The translations under genes were made by a program, and so were the position numbers. Below are positions 45,952 through 59,032 of a stretch of 64,000 nt of DNA, in pieces. Origin of the DNA: Macrostomum lignano (Eukaryota); the NCBI GenBank assembly GCA_002269645.1, contig NIVC01002412.1, forward strand, positions 1-64,000, in the 5' to 3' direction. How positions within the stretch are numbered: the first letter of the stretch is position 1; the number at the start of each line of letters is the position of its first letter. The notes beneath the pieces are model-generated. The model did no database searches and was not told the DNA's origin. It was given only the letters and a program-made list of their open reading frames with translations.

Positions 45952-46211
45952 GTGCCATCTTGTCCGTCCTGGCCCTGGTGTTCACTAATTGGTGCTTCTC
46001 AGCTGTTGAGCCGGCACCTACAGGTGGCAGTTGGCATCTGCTGCCCCGCCAGGCCGCCCTGCTCGCTGGCTACGCCGCCTCGGCTCTGACCAGGCGCTGC
46101 GGCGCCTAGGCGTTCGCTACTAAATGGCGGGCCACTTTGGCCACAGATCAGCTAGACCAGATTGGCGCCGCTTTTAGTAGGCTGTTCCCTGAGGCCGACT
46201 CCGGCCGCTGA
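45952..46211 (+). pseudogene. NAXD: C-terminal exon remnant of ATP-dependent NAD(P)H-hydrate dehydratase (NAXD/CARKD) with in-frame TAG
   Basis: ILSVLALVFTNW...AALLAGYAASALTRRCGA*AFATKWRATLATDQLDQIGAAFSRLF resembles the NAXD C-terminus. TAG at 46107-09; upstream exons not found. Confidence 0.7.
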
Positions 46212-46899
46212 GCCACCTGAAGCACTTTGGAGAATGCACTGGGAATGTGCTTTGCTTGCTAAATGTGTTGGAAACTTCTTAAGGATTCACCGGGAGTGTA
46301 ACTGGGAATGTTTTGGGAATGTGCTGAGGATGTTTTGGGAATGTACTGGGGATGTGTTGGGAATGTACTTGGAATGTTTTGCAAATATCCTGGGGATGTG
46401 CTGGGAATGTACTGGGTATGCGTTTAAGTGTGTGCTTGAGACGCTCAAATAATGTTATGAATGGGTTAATGGTAATGCATATAAGTTGTTAATATACAAA
46501 ATATATACTAAATATAATAAACTATTATATAGTAAACTAATATAAACTAAACTAATAGTAAACTAATAGTGAACTAATAGTTACTAATAATATGTCATAT
46601 GAGTTTTGGTCCTCACAGTTGGCTTTTAAAGGCACTGAATTAATGTTTTTATAGAGAACTTAAGAACAAACAAACTATTATATAGGACGTATTATAAGTG
46701 TGCAATATTGTATTTGGTACATTACCAAGCTTTGACTAGGTGATAGATTAGTACTCAATAATCTTAATTGTTGTTTTAGCTTTCACTGATAAACACGTCA
46801 CTTAGTTATTTATGTTTCAATGATAAACTTCTATTATTAAGTATACAATGGTTTAAAATGAAATAACAAATTGAGATTTTATGTTATCCAATATTATAA

Positions 46900-47600
46900 T
46901 CCCTTATCCAGATCCCCACTCCAAGATTCTAATCCCCAATCCAGATCCCTATCTCCAATATTATAATCTACAATCCAGATCCCCATCTCCAAGATTCTAA
47001 TCCCCAATCCAGATCCCTATCTCCAATTACCAATATTATAATCTCCAATCCAGATCCCCATCTCCAAGATTCTAATCCCCAATCCAGATCCCTATCTCCA
47101 ATTACCAATATTATAATCTCCAATCCAGATCCCCATCTCCAAGATTCTAATCCCCAATCCAGATCCCCATCTCCAATATTTTAATCCTCAATCCAGATCC
47201 CCATCTCCAAGATTCTAATCCCCAATCCAGATCCCCATCTCCAATATTTTAATCCTCAATCCAGATCCACATCTCCAATATTATAATCTCCAATCCAGAT
47301 CCCCATCTCCAAGATTCTAATCCCCAATCCAGATCCCCATCTCCAATATTTTAATCCTCAATCCAGATCCACATCTCCAATATTATAATCTCCAATCCAG
47401 ATCCCCATCTCCAAGATTCTAATCCCCAATCCAGATCCCTATCTTCAATATTATAATCCCCAATCCAGATCCCCATCTCCAATATTTTAATCCTCAATCC
47501 AGATCCACATCTCCAATATTATAATCCCCTATATAGATCCCCATCTCCAATATTATAATCCCCTATCCAGATCCCTATCTCCAGTATTATAATCCCCTAT
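46900..47600. repeat. 34-bp minisatellite ATCCAGATCCCCATCTCCAA(G/T)ATT(C/A)TAATC.CCA immediately upstream of RMC1
   Basis: Direct inspection. Confidence 0.92.
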
Positions 47601-47737
47601 ATATCCTTAAACCATCTAGATCCCAAGATCTTAACTAATCCCTCTATAAAAATGGCTTCCTTGCGTTTATTTCTACCCAGTGGTGATCTTCATCTACAAT
47701 AAATCATATTTGCAGCGTGTCTCCAGAACAGCCCAGC

Positions 47738-49918
47738 ATGCAGTCATCATCATCTGACAGCTATGCCCAGTTAGATGACAACCCAATCCGGTTCCAGCCG
47801 GTCTCCGAGCAGACAAACGTATTCTATGACGCTGTGCAGAGTCACCTGTTCACCGTAGAGAAGGCCGACTCAAATAGTTTATTAGTCCGAGTTCAACCTT
47901 GTCAATCTTCTTCACTGTCGGATTCTACAAAAGCGTTTAGTTTCCGATTGAAGGATTGCGGCGAAGTGAAATCTATGAAATTCTCGGCCGACTGTCGGAT
48001 TCTGGCGGTGCAGAGGTCGTCAACGGCTGTGGAATTTGTCAACTTCGCGACAGCCGGAGGGGCGGCTGACACTGTGGAGTACTCGCAGACCTGCAAGACC
48101 AAGGCCGCCCAGATACTGGGATTCCAATGGACTCAAGCCGCCAATCACGAGGTGCTCTACGTTACCGACTGCGGGCTAGAACTGTTCAGCGTGACGCCTG
48201 AGAAAAGGTGAGATTAAGCGTGATTATGATATCCACTAATCAATCGGGACTATCAATCGAGACTAGACCCCTAATCAGTCGGGACTAGATCCCTAATCAA
48301 TCGGGACTAGATCCCTATTCCATCAGGACTAGACCCTAATCAATCGGGACTAGATCCCTAATCAATCGGGACTAGACCCATAAATCAATCGGGACTAGAT
48401 ACCTAATCAATCGGGACTAGACCCCTAATCGATCAGGACTAGACCCTAATCAATCAGGACTAGACCCTAATCAATCGGGACTAGATCCCTAATCAATCGG
48501 GACTAGATCCCTAAATCAATCGGGACTAGACCCATAAATCAATCGGGACTAGATACCTAATCAATCGGTACTAGACCCCTAATCAATCAGGACTAGATAC
48601 CTAGATCCCTAATCAATCGGGACTAGATCCCTAATCAATCGGGACTAGATCCTTAATCAATCGGGACTAGATCCCTAATCTATCAGGACTAGATCCCTAA
48701 TCTATCAGGACTAGATCCCTAATCAATCGGGACTAGATACCTAGATCCCTAATCAATCGGGACTAGATCCCTAATCAATCGGGACTAGACCCATAAATCA
48801 ATCGGGACTAGATACCTAATCAATCGGGACTAGACCCCTAATCAATCAGGACTAGATCCCTAATCAATCGGGACTAGATACCTAATCAATCGGGACTAGA
48901 TCCCTAATCAATTGGGACTAGATACCTAATCAATCGGGACTAGATCCCTAATCAATCGGGACTAGATACCTAGATCCCTAATCAATCGGGACTAGATCCC
49001 TAATCAATCGGGACTAGATACCTAGATCCCTAATCAATCGGGACTAGATCCCTAATCAATCGGGACTAGATACCTAATCAATCGGGACTAGATACCTAGA
49101 TCCCTAATCAATCGGGACTAGATACCTAATCAATCGGGCCTTGATACCTAGATCCCTAATCAATCGGGACTAGATACCTAGATCCCTAATCAATCGGGAC
49201 TAGATACCTAGATCCCTAATTCCATCAGGACTAGATACCTAGATCCCTAATTCCATCAGGACTAGATACCTAGATCCCTAATTCCATCAGGACTAGATAC
49301 CTAGATCCCTAATTCCATCAGGACTAGATACCTAGATCCCTAATCAATCAATCAGCCTATCCCATTTCTCCCACCAGATCGCTCCGTCTCGTGAAGAGCG
49401 CCGCCCAGCAGTGCAATTGGTACGCGTGGCACCACGCGGCCGGCACAGCAGCCCTGAGCAGCGGCCCGCTCTCCAACCAGTTCAGCATGTTCAAAATCGG
49501 CCAGTCCAGTTTAGTTAAGACGCCCCGCTTCGAGGTTGACCTGCCGCACGCGCCTTCGTCGTCGTTGGCTTCGTCCAATGCGGCCGGCGGCGGCAGCGTC
49601 GGCATCGGCGGTCGGCAGCCGCTGCGCGAACGGGACGTCTTCCTGGCCGAGCTGTACGGCCAGCTGTACCTGGGGGTGCTCAAGCACTATGTGAAACCGG
49701 GTGGCGGCTCCGCCACCGAGATTGCACTCTACCAGCAGGTGGGTTATGTCTGTGTGTCTGTCTGTCTCTCTTAGTGTCTGTCTGTCTGTCTGTCTGTCTG
49801 TCTTTCTGTCTGTCTTCGTGTCTGTCTTAGTGTCTGTCTGGCTGTCTGTCTTTCTGTCTGTCTGTCTGTGTCTGTCTGTCTGTCTGTCTGTCTTTCTGTC
49901 TGTCTTCGTGTCTGTCTT

Positions 49919-49957
<39 letters not shown>

Positions 49958-50012
49958 TCGTGTCTGTCTTAGTGTCTGTCTGTCTGTGTCTGTCTGTCTG
50001 TCTGTCTGTCTT

Positions 50013-50079
<67 letters not shown>

Positions 50080-50160
50080 GGCTGTCTGTCTTTCTGTCTG
50101 TCTGTCTGTGTCTGTCTGTCTTTCTGTCTGTCTTTCTGTCTGTCTTCGTGTCTGTCTTAG

Positions 50161-50205
<45 letters not shown>

Positions 50206-50230
50206 TTCTGTCTGTCTGGCTGTCTGTCTT

Positions 50231-50269
<39 letters not shown>

Positions 50270-50374
50270 TTCTGTCTGTCTGTCTGGCTGTCTGTCTGTC
50301 TTTCTGTCTGTCTGTCTGTGTCTGTCTGTCTGTCTGTCTGTCTGTCTTTCTGTTTGTCTTCGTGTCTGTCTTAG

Positions 50375-50423
<49 letters not shown>

Positions 50424-50538
50424 TAGTGTCTGTCTGTCTTTCTGTCTGTCTGGCTGTCTGTCTGTCTTTCTGTCTGTCTGTATGTCTTTATGTCTTTCTG
50501 TTTGTCTGGCTGTCTGTTTGTCTGTCTGTATGTCTGTA

Positions 50539-50578
<40 letters not shown>

Positions 50579-52586
50579 ATTTCCCGCTTTTTCTCCCCAC
50601 CGCAGCCGTCCAGCGATTCGGCCGGCAATCCGCGCAAGTCGGACCTGCTGGTGCTGCAGCAGGGCGGCCGCCTAGCCGTTAGCATTGTGGACAATCTGGT
50701 GCTGGTGCATCATCAGCGATTGCAGCGGAGTTTCGCATTTGACATCGCTCTGCCAGCGGAGACTGACGGCTACTTGCGCTACCACCAGCCAGTGACTGTT
50801 GAAGCAATGCCGCTAGCTTGGTCTCAACCGCAGCGGCAACAGCAGAAGCAGCTTCCTCGCGCGGTCAGAATGGCCAACTACTTTCTTGGCTTTATGATGC
50901 CTTGTATACTACTTATTTGATTACATTAAACTTCTTTGCTTTAAACATCCATTTGATCAACCTCGCATGCATTAATTAGTCGAGATTATTATTGCAAGCT
51001 GCTCATTAGGCATGCACTTTCCTGGTGATCATTACATCCAACCACCTGATCATTAGACATCCAACCACCTGATCATTTGGCATCCAACCACCTGATCATT
51101 AGACATCCAACCACCTGATCATTAGACATCCAACCACCTGATAATTAGACATCCAACCACCTGATCATTAGGCATCCAACCACCTGATCATTAGTCATCC
51201 AACCACCTGATCATTAGACATCCAACCACCTGATCATTAGTCATCCAACCACCTGATCATTAGTCATCCAACCACCTGATCATTAGGCACCCAACCACCT
51301 GATCATTAGGCACCCAACCACCTGATCATTAGGCACCCAACCACCTGATCATTAGGCACCCAACCACCTGATCATTAGGCACCCAACCACCTGATCATTA
51401 GGCACCCAACCACCTGATCATTAGGCACCCAACCACCTGATCATTAGACATCCAACCACCTGATCATTAGACAGCCAACCACCAAATCAGAAATTTTCTG
51501 CTCTGAATTCTGCAGGGCTCTCAACAGCAGCAGCAGCCGCAAGATGCAGCCGCAACTCAGCTGTACAGCCAATCGTGGATCTTCTTCCTGCCAGACGTGA
51601 TCGTGGACGCCCAAGCCGGCCTGCTCTGGCGAATTCGAATCCGACCCGACCGCCTCTCCGCCCTGATGTTCCCAATGGATCCGGGCCGCTGCCTGCACTG
51701 CCTTCACCTGCGGGCCAATGCTAAAATCGACACGGCCAACGCTCTGCGTCGATTGATGCTGCTGCTCACGTCTGCGGAACCGCCCGCTGCCGCCGATGCC
51801 ATCGCCACTGCTTCCGTTACCACCTGCCTTCCGGTGCTGGCCTACGCGCTGGACCTCCTGGCAGCTCAGGAGTCTCCCCAGCCGGGTCCGCTGCCGTCGC
51901 CGCCGCCGCCTCCACCGCCGTCTCCGTTCGACTTTGCTGCCAACGAATCGCCGTCGGCTTATTCGTCACTGTCTGGCATGGCCAGCTTCAGTCAGCAGCA
52001 GCAGCAGCTGCTTAGCCTGCCGGCTAGAGCTCCAGATCCGCTGACTCAGTCGGATTTGTATGTTCACCTGCTGGCTGAAGGCCCCGCCACCGAGGCCGAG
52101 TATAAGGCTCAGGTGTGCTCTCGGAACTGACTGACTGACTGACTGACTCACTCACTGACTCACTGACTCACTGACTCACTGACTCACTGACTGACTGACT
52201 GACAAACCATTTTTTTTATTAGAGGCAGGGGGGTTGTGTGCACCCTGGCGCACTTTAAGCGACATAGGCACACAACCGCGAGAGGCATTGCTGCCCATTC
52301 CGCCGACTCCCCTGAGCAGGCATACAAGCGCGCGGATACGTACGCAGGCACACACTCAACACAGGAGTGTACAGCGGCCCTAACTTTATATTATCGTTAG
52401 GCATGTACACTTCACTGCGCCTTGGGGGGTTGGCTCTCAAGGCCGTTAATTGCACGAGCAGAGCCAAGCCGAGATTCCAATTCAGCCCCAAATTAATGTG
52501 ACTGCACTTGGAATCGAGCCTGGGTCGCTGGCACACCAGAGCAGCTGCGCTACCGCTGGGCTACGACCCCCCTGACTGACTGACTG

Positions 52587-52627
<41 letters not shown>

Positions 52628-52658
52628 TTAACTAACTAGCTAACTAGAACTAACTGAA

Positions 52659-52706
<48 letters not shown>

Positions 52707-53276
52707 CAACCAACCAACCAACCAAACGACTCCCCTCAGGTATTCGTGATACTAGAATTTGTTCGGGCCCTAAACGATCGCAACGTACCAGTGCAGCACT
52801 TTCTATTCGAAACCCTAGTCCGGGCTCTAGTCACTACCGGTCGATTCGGCGAGCTGCACCAGCTGATCCAGTATCACGTGATCTCGGACAGCAAGCCAAT
52901 AGCCTGTCTGCTGCTGTCCCTGCAGAGCCTGTACCCGCCGGCTCACCAGCTAGCTCTGGACATGATGAAGCGTCTCGGCTCGGCTAACGAAGAGATTCTG
53001 GAGGTGCTGCTGTCCCAGGGTCGGGTTCTGTCAGCGGTGAAGTTTCTACGCTCGGTGGGCAAATTCGACTCAGTTGCTGCGCACAAACTGCTGGAGGTGG
53101 CGTTCGAGAGCGGCGACTGGCGCCAGTTCTACTCGGTGTTCCGGGCGCTGGAACAGCGCAATGCCCGACTGAGGGGCAGCGCCGCCTTCCAGCCTGCGGA
53201 TCATTGCCAGCGATATGTGGCCGAGTTTGCTGGCCGGTTCGGCCAGACCGCGTTAGGACAGTTGAGGGCTCTGTGA
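47738..53276 (+). CDS. RMC1: Regulator of MON1-CCZ1 complex (C18orf8/Mic1/Bulli); join(47738..48207,49378..49738,50606..50863,51516..52112,52740..53276), 740 aa
   Basis: KFSADCRILAVQRS, YSQTCKTKAAQILGF, LYGQLY, IVDNLVLVHHQ, LYSQSWIFF and QYHVISDSKPIACLLLSL..YPPAHQLALDMMKRL. All introns GT-AG and in phase; CDS totals 2223 nt. Confidence 0.95.
48235..49350. repeat. 22-bp minisatellite CTAGATCCCTAATCAATCGGGA filling RMC1 intron 1
   Basis: Direct inspection. Confidence 0.95.
49750..50575. repeat. Degenerate (TCTG)n filling RMC1 intron 2
   Basis: Direct inspection. Confidence 0.96.
51030..51480. repeat. 23-bp minisatellite ATTAG(A/G)CA(T/C)CCAACCACCTGATC in RMC1 intron 3
   Basis: Direct inspection. 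Confidence 0.95.
52210..52572 (-). mobile_element. tRNA-derived SINE, copy 2, inside (CTGA)n/(CTAA)n tracts of RMC1 intron 4
   Basis: Reverse complement of 28939-29298 with scattered substitutions. Confidence 0.9.
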
Positions 53277-54028
53277 TACACGGGATAGTATGTATGGTTT
53301 GTGCGATATCATTTAGGATTAACTCTAGTATAGTGAGGGGATCCCATTAAAAACACTACCTTGACAAGAATCGCGAAAGAAGAATCATACGAAAAAACCA
53401 ATAGTGACTCTAGCGACTCTTTTTTTGACTTTTTAACAACTCAAAACGGCTGCAATGCGACGGAGAGGCGACTGTTGAGTCACGAGCGCATCACGTGAGT
53501 TGCAGAATCGAAACATAGTCGCAAACAACTCGCCCAAGAGTCGTGTTAGCGTTTTATAACTTTCTATTGCTCGAGTAGATTAAATAGGAGTCACAGACAG
53601 TAAAACGCCTCAAATTGACTCTATGTGGATTAGCTGTATTTCAATCGGGATTATTTTTAATTTGCTCATCTGTGATAATCTGTTTATTCAGTCAGTAATG
53701 TAAAGGAAAATGGGAGTACGGCTTAATTTGAGTTGAATACTAAACAGACAAACAGAAGCACGAGTAAGTGGAGCTTATGGCCCAAACGGGTATATTTATG
53801 TCAATAGACTGGGAGGGGGTTGAGTGCCAGCCAGATAAGACCAGGGGTGGAGTGCGCGACTAAAGAAAGAGGCGAGATTTAAGAGCCAATCAGAAGGCAG
53901 AGAGAGATAAGAATAACAAGATTGAACTGGGCCGAGAGGGAGAGAAAACAGAGACGAGTGCAGAGTAACCGAAGCAATGACTAAGAAAGTTGCAACAAGT
54001 AATGAAATCCAATCCCACCAAGTACCAA

Positions 54029-54862
54029 CTACTGTTTAACAGTAGAACTACCAAGAGGGGGGGGGGAATTCCCCCCCCCGGCAATTTTTTTGCTGCTGAT
54101 GAAAAATCACGCTCAGGTGTCCTTACTCCCCTGGTGCCACCTGTTGAAGGTGCCGACGGCGTCGGGGTGATGGCTAAATGCTTAGGAGACTAGCTGAAGG
54201 TGTCCGGCAGTTGAGGCTTGCCTACTGTCGAGGCTTGATCGGCGAAACTAGAGAAATTCGCATCAAGGTGTTCATAGTCACCTGGTGTAATCTGTTGAAG
54301 GAGCTGACGGCGTCGGGATGATGACGGAATGCTTGAGAGACTAGCTGAGGATGTCCAGCAGTTGAGGCTTGCCCACTGTCGAGGCTTGATTGGTGAAACT
54401 CGAGAAATTCGCATCAAGGTGTTCATAGTCACCTGGTGCCACCTGTTGAAGGTCTAGAAGCTCCGTCTCGGTGAAGGCCAGTAACAAACGAAGTCAGAGC
54501 TGATGCAGACACATTTGGTCGACGTGCTGATGAAATTTGGAGACTTGACAAAGCTTCACTGAGGTGTAGTGCTGATTGGCGCACAGGGGTGTACTGAATA
54601 CACTAGCGCTTATGGGAAAAATCCGACCTTCTGGCAGAATCGTCGAATATCTCGACGGTCCGGAGGGTTGGCGACTTGATTCTTGTTTGAGAAGGTGCGC
54701 AATAAAAGTCAGCCCGTGTTCTTGAATTTCGTGTGCCTGCGTTGCTCCGTTCCGGCGCAGCAAAAAATTGTCTTTTTTCCCCTCTTGGTAGGAATTTCCC
54801 CCCCCCTCTTGGTAGTTCGACGGGCGGAAAAATGGCTTGGTATTCCTACTGTTAAAAAGTAG
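54029..54862. mobile_element. Putative non-autonomous element with imperfect inverted ends and an internal ~160 bp direct duplication
   Basis: Ends CTACTGT..ACAGTAG and AACTACCAAGAGGGGGGG / CCCCCCCTCTTGGTAGTT. Duplicated block at ~54170-54290 and ~54330-54440. No TSD confirmed. Confidence 0.45.
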
Positions 54863-55994
54863 ACTTTGTACTTTCTAATTTTACGAGTATGTTGCCGAAT
54901 TTTGTGCTCGGGTCTCTATTATTAATTGCTACCGTAATATATTTGACCTTCAACATTTCCGTCTGCATGTACACATGTTTAATGCTGCTTTGCACTATAT
55001 CATAATAACGCAGAATTTACATGAGCTACGGTACAAATTAACCCGTATATTTGTTTTATAATCAGATTGACTATTCCTGCTTATAATATCAAATTTAATA
55101 AATTACATTCTCTATGCATGCATATACAGAGCTACAGTCGAGTCATAAAAATATACAATATAACTGAAGACAAATGTATTGTCCATGCAATATGTACCGT
55201 GTTTCCTGCGATTTAAATATACATAAACTATAGCCTTTTCTGGACTTTCATTTGCATTTCCATTTTAGATTGTGTTTTAGGGGAGGTCTAAGTTAATGAC
55301 AAGTAATGAGGCTAATCCTTGGATTTGAATTATAACTTCATATACTAATATTGATTATTCAGTATTATACAGGTGCAACATATCATTACAGAGACGAAAG
55401 ATAATCATAAAAAAATTGGTGCAAAATGTAAAATTGAATCAAGAACTAAAAATAACTAATTAGGTTTAAGATTAAGACTAATTAATAATACTGGATTGCC
55501 ACGCATTCATTTTTTAATCCCAATTGAAAAGCTCTATAGCCAGTTTTTTCTCTGATTCCCTGGCTTTGGTGATCACCAATCAACAGTCTGAAGTAGTGCA
55601 GAGCCTATATATACTGATTAATTGATTAATGATTAAATTCCAAATAGATAAGACGGGGAGGTAGAAAGATGGAAGGGAAAATCAATAATTAATCAATGTA
55701 CATCAAAAGATAGATAGGAAGCGCAGCGGGGCAGAAATGGGGGCAGAGGGGTAAGACTAGTATACGCACTCCGCAGCATGTACATAGGGAGACAAAGTTC
55801 TAGAAATGCCCAGCCGCGTGATTCTATGTCTTTATGCTGGTTCTCAAAACAGAACAATAAAATATTTTTTCCTAAAGGCTCTACTTCTTGATAATTTTTC
55901 TTTGGTGCTTATGAAAAATACAACTTTATACTTTTTATTGAAAACATTTTTTCATGATTGTCTCGCTCAGTTGAAGGATTTCAATCGTTAATCA

Positions 55995-57117
55995 ATGCTG
56001 CCGCAGTTATTGAAGTCCCTGCTGCCTCAGCAGCCGCTGGTTCGAGTCGCTTTGCTCGCCAGCTCCGGAGCCGCAGCTCTTCTAGTTGGCCGGAAGCTTT
56101 ACCTGTGGGGCCAGGTGCTGATGCTTACCATACTTTGCGGCAAAGCGGATCGGGCTCTCTACAAGCGCAAACGGTTGCTCTTTCAGCGGCTGTTAGACAG
56201 GGCAGAAGAGCTCGGCAGACCGATGGAAGTGAGTCTGACGTTTAATGACCGTTGTTTATTGTGTAGGAGGTGCTTCATTGATGAGGGAGTAGCTTCATTG
56301 ATGAGGGAGTAGCTTCATTGATGAGGGAGTGGCTTCATTGATGAGAGAGTAGCTTCATTGATGAGGGAGTAGCTTCATTGATGAGGGAGTAGCTTCATTG
56401 ATAAGGGAGTGGCTTCATTGATGAGGGAGCAGCTTCATTGATAAGGGAGTAGCTTCATCGACGGGGTTGGCTATCAGTAGATAACTGGCTCTGGGATTGG
56501 GTTAAAGCTGCATTAAATTGCTTAACAAATGTGATCAAAAGATCAAAGATCAAAAGCGGAGTTGTGAATTAGTTTGGTCAAGGCGAATTAAACCCTCTGC
56601 CTTCCAGATCCTGGAGCTGGGCTCAGGCACTGGCGTGAACTTCAAATACCTGCCATCTGGCGCCAGGCTCACTGCGCTCGACCCGCTGTCGGAGGCGCGC
56701 GGCATTTTCACTCGAGCGGCTTCCAAAGAGGCCGGCATCACCCTCGCCGCCTGTGTAACCGGCTTCGCCGAAGACATGTCCTGCTTCCCAGACGAATCCT
56801 TCGACGCCGTGTTCTGCACGCTGACCATGTGCACCGTGTGGGATCTGGACCGGATGCTCAAGGAGGTCAGACGGGTGCTCCGGCCTGGTGGACTGTTTCT
56901 GTTCATGGACCACACTCTGTCGGACCGGCCCCTGGTCCGAGCAGTGCAGTACGCTGTCACTCCGCTTTGGTACTTTTTTGGCCATGGCTGTCACTTCCGG
57001 CTGCCACAGCGTCACGTGACTAAAGCTGGATTCTCCAAATGTGAGATTAGCGAATTCGATGGCGCTCTGAAAACGACGCTGCTGCGTCGCATGGTGGACG
57101 GCTGTGCAACGAAGTGA
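55995..57117 (+). CDS. METTL7/TMT1-like SAM-dependent methyltransferase, intact copy; join(55995..56228,56608..57117), 247 aa
   Basis: Hydrophobic N-terminus, ILELGSGTGVNF (motif I), FDAVFCTLTMCTV and EVRRVLRPGGLFLFMDH. GTGAGT/CAG intron, phase 0. Confidence 0.92.
56270..56460. repeat. 20-bp minisatellite GAGGGAGTAGCTTCATTGAT in the methyltransferase intron
   Basis: Direct inspection. Confidence 0.93.
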
Positions 57118-59032
57118 GCAGGAAACTGACTCAAGTTACGAGCGCTCGTAGCTGTATGGGAATCTTACTGACTGTTGATTTTATTCTGTCTTATTTTGTA
57201 CTACGCTCGTAATTTGTTGTAACAACTAGAAATACAAAAAGTAAAAAAGAATTGTTCCAATTTCTTAATCAGTTTTCTAGAAGATTTAACTAGGTAATTT
57301 TTGTTGTCTTTTTAACTTTGCTTGACTTTTTACACTGATGTGTTCCTTACTACCAAGACTTTCTCAGTAATCAAGGAACAATCACTTCTAGCTACTTTGC
57401 TAGGCAACCCAGTTATCAAATGAAGGTACTGCTTACCTTGACTCCGGTTTGAGAGATCTCCTTGTAGTTCTCGGACTTCTTGACTCGTTAGACGTCTATG
57501 TTTCGTAAACCAGGTCCACGTTCCTTTACTTCCACTGAAGTCGTTTCCGGCCGGTATCTGTCGTTTGGACCAATCAGAAGCTTCGTGTTATCGATGGGGA
57601 TCCCTGCGCCTTAATGCAGTTTCAAATAAGCCTTCTCCTTCTAGCGGTGTCTTAATTCAACCTAGGTATAGCTCCGGTATTCGCTGATAGTCCTCTAAGA
57701 TCTATCAGAGTAGTCCTTCTGGAGACTACAACCAACGGAGTCTGTTTGAACAGACTCAAACACCTGGCACAAATGAGTAAGGCTTACCGCAAGAACTCGA
57801 CCGAGTCTCGATTTACTTGGTCGGAAGGAAGACCTTTGGAGGCTTCCTCTCGGAGCTCTTCTTCCTTCTGGAAGGCAAAAATCTTGAGCTCCGGTCCGCT
57901 CCGGACCACTTGTATTTATAGGCAATCAGACCCCACATGATGTCATTGAGTTCATTGTCTTAAATGTCAAAAGTTCACGGAATCGTTGCTATCAAACATG
58001 GAAGGTTAGAAAGTTACTCCATTGGTTTAGTGTGAGCATGCATGATTGGTTAGCGTAGTAGCTGAGTTTTTTTTAGATATCTTTGATTGGTTCATCCGAG
58101 TGCAGACTGAATGATGTATCGCAACTGGGGTTTGAGCTGACAATCGCGGGTCACAACCGATTGGGTGATTTCTAAAATTAGCATGCTCGAGATTTCTCTC
58201 TTCCTATTGGTTGATTCAAATATATGTATGGTTTAGCGCATATCTTTATACATGGTACTTAGTATACTACTGAATAAAATGTGTGAGTAGTACATTAACA
58301 CTTTTTATGTCTTTTACGGGAGGTAGAACACTCTACAACACTTCAAATTGCTTTATAATATTTTAGCCTTAAGGGTAAATGCTGAGTTGTCAAGACTCGA
58401 GGCTCAAAGGTGATACTGATATCTTAGGCTGGAAAGCCTGATATCGGGAGTAATTATTTGTTGGGCATGACGACACATTTTCGACATAACGACATTTCGT
58501 AATAATTACGACAATTGTATAATTTTTATTGAAAACATTTTTCCAGATTGTTTTCTTTACAATGCTTTCTTCATTATCAAAGTCTCTGCTGCCGCGGCAG
58601 ACGACAGCTTGAGTTGCTCTAATGTTTGGCTCCGGAGCATTCGCTCTGTATGCTGGACGGAAGTTCTACCTGTGGTGCCAGGTGCGATTGGTGTCAATAA
58701 TTGGAGATGAGACTGATCGGGTGCTCCACGAGCGGAAACGGGTGCTGTTTCAACGACTGCAGGACCGAGCAGACGAGCTAGGCAGGCCAATGGACGTGAG
58801 TTTGCTTGAAACCTTCAGACAGGTTCAACGTTAAAGGAGCAGACCGGCTAGTATAAGTTTATCTGCTAGCATCAGGAGTCAAACAATGGTCACTTTAAAA
58901 CGTTAAATTTACGCCGTCGAAAAAATTAAGCTTTGCAAGTTCGAAGCTTTAGATTTAAGGACGTCCTTCCTGCGACCTAAAAATACGTATTAGGGACGTC
59001 TGAATTTCTTCTATATACATGTAGATACGTCC

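Noticed and set aside
57215-58340. Possible solo LTR (TGTTGTA...TACAACA, TATA-like motif on minus)
   Set aside because: No matching target-site duplication or PBS/PPT found, so it is too weak to call.
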